Assembly (NCBI GenBank): GCA_903887005.1 | Contig: CAISOH010000208.1 | Location: 5,252 to 69,251, forward strand | Length of the DNA stretch: 64,000 nucleotides | Source: an uncultured Bacteroidota bacterium | GTDB taxonomy: Bacteria; Bacteroidota; Bacteroidia; Chitinophagales; Chitinophagaceae | Direction: 5' to 3' | Part shown: positions 28,824-36,051 of the stretch, piece by piece | Position numbering within the stretch: position 1 is the first letter of the stretch | Layout: each line of letters opens with the position of its first letter | Program-made: the position numbers and the translations under genes | Notes under the pieces: generated by a model | The model's input: the letters and a program-made list of their open reading frames with translations, nothing else | Told to the model about the DNA's origin: nothing | The model's database searches: none

Positions 28824-29705
28824 ATGAAGATGAACAACATAATCAAAAAAACAGCGCTTGCAATAACCTTAACCGGATTGTTTTCCATAACTGCATCCGC
28901 ACAGGACCAGGGTAAGAGTGAAGCCACTATTGTAATGTCGTACAGCAAAAATGCAGACCTGAGCAAAACTGCAACCGCAATCATAAAAGTGAAAAATAAA
29001 GATGGAAAGTTTGTGGCGGCAAAAAATGCAAAGGTTAATTTCTATCTGATGCACGACAAGCAGGAGCAACTGCTGAAAAGCGCCAATACAGATAATACCG
29101 GCCTGGCAGTTATTGTGCTTCAGAAGGATATGCCATTAGATGACAGCCTCTCTTTCACCATCGTGGCAAAGGTTGAAAATGATCCTTTGTATGAAAATGC
29201 TTCCGAACAGATGCATTACAAAGACGCCAACCTAAGCATAAAACTAAATCCTGCCGATACCGGACGGGTAGTTATCGCTAAAGTAACGCAAACAGGTAAA
29301 GACGGAAAAGAAATAGCTATAAAGGGTACTGAAGTGAAATTTTATGTAAAGCGCTTGTTTGGCAATATGCCTGCTGCCGAAGAATATGCCGTAAGCACGG
29401 AGGATAATGGGGAAGCTTCTTTTATTATTCCAAAAAACATACCCGGGGATTTAGAAGGTAAAGTCACAGTTGTTGCGAAAATTGAAGACAATGATAAATT
29501 CGGGAATGTAGAAGGCAATGCAGATACAAAATGGGGCAAGCCGCTTGCGACAATAAAAGATCCTTTTCCACGTGAGTTATGGAGTCCTTATGCTCCGTTG
29601 CCATTAGTAATTACTATTTCAACACTCTTTGGTGGTGTGTGGTTCACTTATTTTTTCCTCTTCTACCAGTTAGTAAAAATAAAAAAAGACACAGCAAAAG
29701 CTTAA
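28824..29705 (+). CDS. hypothetical periplasmic protein with two beta-sandwich-like repeats and a C-terminal TM anchor
   Basis: Signal peptide. Internal repeat (KVKNKDGKFVAAKNAKVNFYL / TQTGKDGKEIAIKGTEVKFYV). C-terminal hydrophobic helix LPLVITISTLFGGVWFTYFFLFYQLV. Confidence 0.55.
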   Translation: MKMNNIIKKTALAITLTGLFSITASAQDQGKSEATIVMSYSKNADLSKTATAIIKVKNKDGKFVAAKNAKVNFYLMHDKQEQLLKSANTDNTGLAVIVLQKDMPLDDSLSFTIVAKVENDPLYENASEQMHYKDANLSIKLNPADTGRVVIAKVTQTGKDGKEIAIKGTEVKFYVKRLFGNMPAAEEYAVSTEDNGEASFIIPKNIPGDLEGKVTVVAKIEDNDKFGNVEGNADTKWGKPLATIKDPFPRELWSPYAPLPLVITISTLFGGVWFTYFFLFYQLVKIKKDTAKA

Positions 29706-29736
29706 TTCCTAACAATAAACATAAATAACAAACAAT

Positions 29737-30174
29737 ATGAAAAAAAACATAGCACAAGTAAAGAAAATAAAATATCCGGGGTTCCTGGTAACCGGAGCTA
29801 TAGCAGGCGCAATAACTCTTCTGTATGCCTTCGCTCCCATGCCGGGGAAAAACACTCCATGGATTGCTCCGGCTACAGCAGACGCCGTAAAAAATCCTAT
29901 TGCATCGGACGCTGCGTCTATTGAAGCCGGTAAAGCCGTTTATAAAAAAAGCTGCTACGACTGCCATGGCAAAAAAGGGAAAGGCGATGGTCCGAAAAGC
30001 GGGGAATTAGACCAAAACCCACAGGACTTCACCAAACCGGAATTCCAAAAACAAACAGATGGCGCACTCTTCTGGAAAATCTCAGAAGGCAGAAAGCCAA
30101 TGCCTTCTTTTAAAAGTGAAATTACTAAGGAGCAGCGCTGGCAGGCCATCAATTATATACGTACACTGAAATAG
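29737..30174 (+). CDS. membrane-anchored monohaem cytochrome c (ActE/CBB3-type class I)
   Basis: CYDCHGKKGKGDG haem-binding motif, distal PMPSF Met, N-terminal TM anchor. Paralogous to ORF 35522-35929 (shared QTDGALFWKI...PMPS...NYIRTL). Confidence 0.85.
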   Translation: MKKNIAQVKKIKYPGFLVTGAIAGAITLLYAFAPMPGKNTPWIAPATADAVKNPIASDAASIEAGKAVYKKSCYDCHGKKGKGDGPKSGELDQNPQDFTKPEFQKQTDGALFWKISEGRKPMPSFKSEITKEQRWQAINYIRTLK

Positions 30175-30248
30175 AACACATCAAAAAGGCAACACACTCA
30201 CAAAATAAATAAACAATTATAATCAATTAACAATTTAATCTCATAAAT

Positions 30249-31526
30249 ATGAAAAAGTTTACCAAACAAACAATTGCTGTCCTTGCCATATTAACAGTAA
30301 TATTTACTGCTGTTAAATGCACAAAACATAACCAGGTACTGGATTCTACTCCTGCAGCAGCCAATACTGATAGCTTAAGTTGTATTAAGGGAACTGCTAC
30401 CCTTCAGCCTATTGGTGGGTCTGCATGGGATGGTACTATTGAAGCCGTCTGGAACAATGTACCAAAACTGACAGTTCATGCCACAGTTCCTGATTTAGGA
30501 AATGGCACATTTGCCGGGTTTATTGGCAATTCTACAGACATTACTTTGCGTTCCATGTATGATGCAGCAAACATCTACTTTCTCGTGGAGTGGAATGCTG
30601 ACATGAAATGCCTGGCATCTTCACCATGGTACTATAACCCTACTACAATGCGTTGGGCCCAGGAAGCTTCTGCACCTGTTCAGAATTCGGGTGCTACCAC
30701 ATTCAGGCCTCCTTTTATCCAGGATCAATTTGTAATAATGTTTAACATTGCAAATTCCTGCCCTACTTTTAATTCTTTATCTTGCTATGCTGCATGCCAT
30801 GTAAATACAACTTTCGGTGATTCAACAATGACAGGAGGAGTAATGCACACAAACGGCCCTACTGAATTATTAGATGTATGGAGAGCCCGTATGCTCCAGG
30901 TTATGAATGTGAACCAGGCAAATGACTGCTATATAGATAATGGCGCCGGTGCTTTAAATGCGAATGAAGTTCATAATGATCTCCAGGTAAATAACGGACC
31001 TACTCCTGCAGCAGACGGCGGTTTCAGTAACAAACAAACCTTAAAAATTTCAGGGTTAGTAACTACAATTAAAGTATCGGTTCCCATGTTTGTAATACCA
31101 AGCGGAATATACAGCAATGGCGCTATCATGCAGAGCGATACACTCCCGGGCGGCAAAGCAGTAAAAGTAACCAAAGTTGATACTTTTGGAGTTCTTACGC
31201 TTGCCAATGGAGTAAAACTTGACCCCAGCACAGCAACATCAGGTACCGCATTTCAACAAGTGGGTACCGGCGACGGACCAAATTGTATTCCCGGCAGCAT
31301 AGTATCTAATTATACTGGAAGCCGTGGCGACGTAACCGCTAATGCTTATTGGACTGGAACAGGATGGAGATTATTATTGAAGCGCGCATTGAAAACAGCT
31401 GATGCTGTCAATGATGTTGATCTTTCCTCTTTGGCCACTCAGCCGTTCGGCGTAGGCGCAATGTTTAACGGAGCCGATAATGAACATGCCATTGTAGCAG
31501 GTCTGAAGTTGCACTTTAACAAATAA
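30249..31526 (+). CDS. secreted protein, possible DOMON / EB_dh / CBM9-fold (haem-b-binding-like) domain protein
   Basis: Signal peptide or lipobox (FTAVKC). The N-domain pattern TIEAVWNNVPKLTVHA...SMYDAANIYFLVEWNAD resembles ethylbenzene-dehydrogenase gamma / DOMON-type domains. This assignment is from memory only. Confidence 0.35.
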   Translation: MKKFTKQTIAVLAILTVIFTAVKCTKHNQVLDSTPAAANTDSLSCIKGTATLQPIGGSAWDGTIEAVWNNVPKLTVHATVPDLGNGTFAGFIGNSTDITLRSMYDAANIYFLVEWNADMKCLASSPWYYNPTTMRWAQEASAPVQNSGATTFRPPFIQDQFVIMFNIANSCPTFNSLSCYAACHVNTTFGDSTMTGGVMHTNGPTELLDVWRARMLQVMNVNQANDCYIDNGAGALNANEVHNDLQVNNGPTPAADGGFSNKQTLKISGLVTTIKVSVPMFVIPSGIYSNGAIMQSDTLPGGKAVKVTKVDTFGVLTLANGVKLDPSTATSGTAFQQVGTGDGPNCIPGSIVSNYTGSRGDVTANAYWTGTGWRLLLKRALKTADAVNDVDLSSLATQPFGVGAMFNGADNEHAIVAGLKLHFNK

Positions 31527-31548
31527 AAATTCACCATTAATTTTTTTC

Positions 31549-31950
31549 ATGATGAAAAAAATAGCAATAACAACGCTTGCACTTGGTGTACTGTCAGTTG
31601 CTCTAATCACAGGTTGTCAAAAAGACACCACGCTTTACATCAGGAATGAAGTGGCAGTTTCCGGGACCGTTTCTTTCAAAAAAGACCTGGTACCCATATT
31701 CACTGCTAACTGCGCTTTAAGCGGTTGCCATGCAAGTGGTGGTCATAAACCGGATTTATCGTCTGACAAAGCATATAATTCATTGAAAAGTGGAAAATTT
31801 GTTGACACAACGACAGCCGCCAGCAGCATCATATACGAGAGGTTAACAGGAAAACTTAGCCCTGCTATGCCTATGGGTAAAGCAACCAATCCATCCAATA
31901 TCAACTCGCTGATACTTGCATGGATAAAACAAGGGGCAAAGAACAATTAA
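31549..31950 (+). CDS. lipoprotein with Planctomycete-cytochrome-c-like (PSCyt1-like) segment carrying a CX4CH motif
   Basis: Lipobox LITGC. FTANCALSGCHASGGHKPDLSS...IIYERLTG...PAMPMG resembles PSCyt1-type domains, but with C-x4-CH instead of CxxCH. Confidence 0.45.
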   Translation: MMKKIAITTLALGVLSVALITGCQKDTTLYIRNEVAVSGTVSFKKDLVPIFTANCALSGCHASGGHKPDLSSDKAYNSLKSGKFVDTTTAASSIIYERLTGKLSPAMPMGKATNPSNINSLILAWIKQGAKNN

Positions 31951-31978
31951 TTGAATCATAAAATTAAATTAATTTAAT

Positions 31979-32914
31979 ATGAAAATACTAAAAAAAATAA
32001 AACAGTCTCATGGTATTTGTCTGTTGATAATTGCCTGCTGCTGTTTACCTTCTGCCAGTGGCTATGCCCAGGACGGCAATAGTGCAGATAACACTGCACC
32101 TGTAGAAAAGACCTACACAAGAAATACCTTTGCAGGCAATATGATTATTGACAATCAATCGGTAATGGTGCCATTGGAAAAAACCATTGAGTTTGCCATT
32201 CAGCACCGCTTTGGCATAATCAATAACGGGTATGCCGATTTTTATGGAATGTTCGCTCCGGCAAACATTCGCCTGGGAATGAACTATACACCAATTAAAA
32301 ACCTGCAATTAGGTATTGGCTTAACAAAAGGTAATATGCTTGTGGACGGTAACCTCAAATATGCCATTATCAAACAAGCGGAAAGCGGTGGTTCCCCGGT
32401 AAGCGTTACCTATTATGGAGATATGGCAATATCAACCATTCCCCAGGCAGGTAATTTCGTAAACAATGCCGACAGAATCTCTTATTTTAACCAGTTGATT
32501 ATAGCGAGGAAAGTTACCAAAGAATTCTCTGTGCAGGTATCGCCAAGTTTATCTTACTTTAATAATATAGTGGGATACGTGGCTCCCGATGGAAGCATTC
32601 AGCCGACAATGAAAAACGCAAATTTTTCCATTGCCTTCAGCGGCAGGTATAAGGTGACCGGGGCTATGAGCATAATGGTAAATTATGATCAGCCTCTTAC
32701 GCAAAATCTGACCAATAACCCGCTTCCAAATATCAGTCTTGGATTGGAGTTCAGTACAACCGGACATACTTTCCAGATATTTGCAACAGACTATCAAGGA
32801 ATCATTCCTCAATATAACAACGTCTTTAACCAGATTGACTGTTCAAAGGGACAATTCCTGATTGGGTTTAACATAACCAGGAGATGGTATCATGACTCAG
32901 ACAAAGAGAAATAA
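31979..32914 (+). CDS. putative outer-membrane beta-barrel protein
   Basis: Signal peptide. Alternating hydrophobic/polar strands with aromatic girdle residues throughout (e.g. FSIAFSGRYKV, SLGLEFST, FLIGFNITRRW). Confidence 0.45.
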   Translation: MKILKKIKQSHGICLLIIACCCLPSASGYAQDGNSADNTAPVEKTYTRNTFAGNMIIDNQSVMVPLEKTIEFAIQHRFGIINNGYADFYGMFAPANIRLGMNYTPIKNLQLGIGLTKGNMLVDGNLKYAIIKQAESGGSPVSVTYYGDMAISTIPQAGNFVNNADRISYFNQLIIARKVTKEFSVQVSPSLSYFNNIVGYVAPDGSIQPTMKNANFSIAFSGRYKVTGAMSIMVNYDQPLTQNLTNNPLPNISLGLEFSTTGHTFQIFATDYQGIIPQYNNVFNQIDCSKGQFLIGFNITRRWYHDSDKEK

Positions 32915-32939
32915 ATTTTTAGGTAAGTGAGTAATGATT

Positions 32940-32969
32940 GCGCGCGCAGAGAAGTTCTGCGCGCGCTTT
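32940..32969 (+). terminator. GC-rich rho-independent terminator ending the seven-gene operon
   Basis: gcgcgcgcaga-gaagt-tctgcgcgcgc (11-bp GC-rich stem) followed by ttt, 26 bp after the stop at 32914. It stands out in an AT-rich context. Confidence 0.65.
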
Positions 32970-33011
32970 AGGAATCCAATGTTTCGCTGCGGAATGTCAA
33001 TGGTTAGTACT

Positions 33012-33467
33012 ATGTCACTTGAGAAAGAAATACACCAGGTCCGGCCATTCAGGAATGAATACCATAAAGCAACTGTCAACATTATTTATACTGGCAAATG
33101 GATGTTGCAGCTTATCTTAGATGTGCTGAGGCCATATAAATTAACGCTCCAGCAATACAATATCCTTCGCATCTTACGGGGTAAATTTCCTGAAGCAATT
33201 ACAGTAACTTACTTTCGCGACAGATTGCTTGACAGGATGAGCGATGCCTCAAGAATAATTGAAGTCCTCAGAAAAAAAGGATTGGTAAAAAGAAATATCT
33301 GCGAAGAAAACAGGCGCAGGATGGATGTTTTAATAACTCAAAAAGGAATCCAGCTGCTTGATGAAATAGAAAAAGAAAATGAGCGGATGGATAAGTACTC
33401 TTCCTCATTAAATGACCAGGAAATAATTCAACTCAATTTCCTGCTCGATAAGCTAAGAAATCTTTAA
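33012..33467 (+). CDS. MarR-family transcriptional regulator, paralogue 4
   Basis: MSLEKEIHQVRPFRNEYHKA... is collinear with paralogues 1-3. The ATG at 33012 lies downstream of the terminator hairpin, so the 5' extension in the ORF track is rejected. Confidence 0.85.
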   Translation: MSLEKEIHQVRPFRNEYHKATVNIIYTGKWMLQLILDVLRPYKLTLQQYNILRILRGKFPEAITVTYFRDRLLDRMSDASRIIEVLRKKGLVKRNICEENRRRMDVLITQKGIQLLDEIEKENERMDKYSSSLNDQEIIQLNFLLDKLRNL

Positions 33468-33556
33468 TCTTTAATCTTTATTGCAAATTCCCACCTCAAT
33501 TTAATCTGCATATCTGTTTATGCAATAAATAAATATATCAATTTGGAGTAATACCC

Positions 33557-33608
33557 GATTGTTGCAAAAATAAAACTGATTAAAATCAGTTTTATTTTTG
33601 CAACAATC
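33557..33608. promoter_or_regulatory. perfect 52-bp palindrome (25-bp arms, 2-nt centre) with a CTGAT-TAAA-ATCAG core
   Basis: gattgttgcaaaaataaaactgatt-aa-aatcagttttatttttgcaacaatc. All 25 arm positions were verified as complementary. It lies between marR copy 4 and the porin operon. Confidence 0.8.
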
Positions 33609-33653
33609 ATTACTTTTACACTAACAACTGATGTTATAACATAATTCGGTATG

Positions 33654-33691
33654 ACATCAATGGAAATAACATCAATTGGCTAAACATCAAT
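33654..33691. promoter_or_regulatory. three direct repeats of ACATCAAT spaced exactly 15 bp apart
   Basis: ACATCAAT occurs at 33654, 33669 and 33684, about 200 bp upstream of the porin gene start. Confidence 0.5.
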
Positions 33692-33889
33692 TAAACAGAC
33701 ATAATCATAAATAAATAGCATTATTCTGTTTTTCTATGGCATGAAATTTTTGATTTCGATTTAAATGAAAATTTGAGTTGCAAATAATTTAAATTTAAAA
33801 CAAATATGAACATTTTCTTGTCCGGATAATATTGCAATACAGGATTCAATCAACTACACACAATTTTCATTAACATAAAAACAAAGCGT

Positions 33890-35092
33890 ATGAAACCAAA
33901 TAAATTAATTACAAAAGTTTTATTGTTTGCTGTATTCGCTTTTTTAAAGGCGAATACTTCAATTGCACAGGGAACCGACAATACAGATGTATCCAAACAA
34001 GTATCCGCACTGAAACCAGGAGAGAGTAATTTCATGATGGTAGGCCTGGTAACGTTTGGTTTTGTAAATCAAAACATCACCACCACCGGACTATCTCCCA
34101 ACAAAACAAATAGCATAGGAGACGCAGACCGTTATGAATTCAGCCCGATGTTCCTTTGGCGCCATGGCGATAAACTGCTTGCCGAATTTGAACCATCATG
34201 GGATGGCAATGCAATAGGCGTAAACTGGGCTGATGTGTCCTATTATGTTGCTCCCGGTTTTATAGTAAGAGGGGGGTATTTGGTTTTGCCTTTCGGAACC
34301 TATTCAAAGCGTTTGGCCGCCGGATGGATCAATAAATTACCTTCTGATCCTTATGGTATGGATATGCCCGGAAGTGATTTTGGAGTAGAAGTGGAAGGTG
34401 GATTCCCATTAGGAAGTATGAAATGGAGCTATGATATTGCGGTTTCAAACGGGTTTCAGTTGAACCCGAACGGACAAATTGCAGGCGTTGGGATTAATGC
34501 GATAAATAATGGCAAAACAGTAACAGGCAGGTTAGCTTTATTACCGCTTTCCAATTCAAGCCTGGAAATTGGTGTTTCAGGCTTAATGGGTAGCCTTGCT
34601 ACACCTACAGGCGATTCCAATATTTATAATAACCCAATGGCCTCTATGTACGCAGTTGACTTCAATTTTATAAAAAATATTAATCCGGTACAGATTAATA
34701 TTAAAGGGCAATATAATATTTCAAATATAAATAAACAGACTTATTCAAGTCCTGATTCTTCACTTCCAAAATATTCCTTTGAAAATAATGCAAGTTCCTA
34801 CTTTGCACAACTGTCATTAAGGCCTTCAAAATCAAAAAATAAGATCCTTAGAAATTTTGAGTTGGCCGGACGTTATGTAAACTATACCACTCCCAAGCAG
34901 TCTTTATGGGGACAAAATTATTCCGAAATGGACATATGCCTGGATTACTGGCTAAGCTGGAGAACCGTAATTAAGTTAGGGTATGAAAGTACTAAGTCAG
35001 ACGGGACTACATCCCAGTCCGTTTCAACAGGATTAGATGGCACTTCTACAACTGTAAACAGAATGATTATCCAATTTTCCACCGAATTTTAA
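33890..35092 (+). CDS. outer-membrane porin-like beta-barrel protein
   Basis: Signal peptide, beta-strand periodicity, and a C-terminal ...IQFSTEF ending in Phe as in OMP sorting signals. 400 aa, similar in size to phosphate-selective porin O/P-like proteins. Confidence 0.6.
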   Translation: MKPNKLITKVLLFAVFAFLKANTSIAQGTDNTDVSKQVSALKPGESNFMMVGLVTFGFVNQNITTTGLSPNKTNSIGDADRYEFSPMFLWRHGDKLLAEFEPSWDGNAIGVNWADVSYYVAPGFIVRGGYLVLPFGTYSKRLAAGWINKLPSDPYGMDMPGSDFGVEVEGGFPLGSMKWSYDIAVSNGFQLNPNGQIAGVGINAINNGKTVTGRLALLPLSNSSLEIGVSGLMGSLATPTGDSNIYNNPMASMYAVDFNFIKNINPVQINIKGQYNISNINKQTYSSPDSSLPKYSFENNASSYFAQLSLRPSKSKNKILRNFELAGRYVNYTTPKQSLWGQNYSEMDICLDYWLSWRTVIKLGYESTKSDGTTSQSVSTGLDGTSTTVNRMIIQFSTEF

Positions 35093-35104
35093 AAAACAAC
35101 TTTT

Positions 35105-35389
35105 ATGAAAATAACGAGTATTCAAAAAATAGCAACAATAATAATAATTTGCTCTGGAATTTTTGGCCTGATTACTGTAAATGGCTGCGTGGAAAGCAAA
35201 CAGGTAGCTGCAAAAAGCGGTGCGCAACTGTGGGGAGAAAATTGCTCAAGATGCCATAATATGCCTGCTCCTGCTACTTTTTCACAGGAACAATGGAAAA
35301 CCGTAGGTATGCATATGCAAAGCCGTGCGCTGCTTACTAATAAGGAAAAGGATAAAATTGTAGAATTTCTGCAGCAATCAAGTAATTAA
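35105..35389 (+). CDS. small monohaem cytochrome c (lipoprotein-like)
   Basis: CSRCH haem motif. Hydrophobic N-terminus ending in VNGC. 94 aa. Confidence 0.65.
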   Translation: MKITSIQKIATIIIICSGIFGLITVNGCVESKQVAAKSGAQLWGENCSRCHNMPAPATFSQEQWKTVGMHMQSRALLTNKEKDKIVEFLQQSSN

Positions 35390-35423
35390 TATACAATATC
35401 CCGATTCTAATTTCAATATAGTG

Positions 35424-35497
35424 GCTGTCTCAAAAGTAAATGAAATAATACAGTTAGTTTTAATTAAAGCTATTATAATTTCAACTTTTGAGACAGC
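35424..35497 (+). other. long-range inverted repeat within the operon (14-bp perfect arms, 46-nt spacer)
   Basis: gctgtctcaaaagt (35424-35437) pairs with acttttgagacagc (35484-35497), between two cytochrome c genes. Confidence 0.6.
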
Positions 35498-35521
35498 ATG
35501 CTAAATTTAAAATAATTAAAA

Positions 35522-35929
35522 ATGAAAAAAATAACAAATGGCGCCTCACTGCTGATTTTAGCCAATGTAATATGCTTTTCAACTTTTGCTCAGCAAAAAG
35601 TATTTACCGCTCCGGCTTCAGCTGATGGTATGCAAAATCCATTTAAAGACAATGCAGCAGCAACTGCAAATGGCAAAACAACCTATACCACCTTTTGTGT
35701 GCCATGCCATGGCGATAAAGGTAAAGGCGATGGCGTTGCAGCCGCTGGATTACAAAAACAACCTGCTGATCATACTTCAGCTAAAATTCAGGCGCAAACT
35801 GATGGCGCTTTGTTTTGGAAGATATTTACCGGCAACAATCCTATGCCCAGTTATAAGATGCTATCTCAAACCCAGATATGGGAATTAGTGAATTATATAC
35901 GCACCTTATCTAAAGCTAAGAAAAAGTAG
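35522..35929 (+). CDS. periplasmic monohaem cytochrome c (class I, CBB3/ActE-type)
   Basis: Signal peptide. CVPCHGDKGKGDG. Distal PMPSY Met. Paralogue of 29737-30174. Confidence 0.85.
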   Translation: MKKITNGASLLILANVICFSTFAQQKVFTAPASADGMQNPFKDNAAATANGKTTYTTFCVPCHGDKGKGDGVAAAGLQKQPADHTSAKIQAQTDGALFWKIFTGNNPMPSYKMLSQTQIWELVNYIRTLSKAKKK

Positions 35930-36051
35930 CAAAATTAATTAAAATAGCACCTATTTGATTTGGCGAAAACAGGTGTACTATTTCCATATTGCGTCTTTCT
36001 GGTTTAGGTTTATAATAACGGTATATTAGAGTATTATTAAATACTGCGTCT

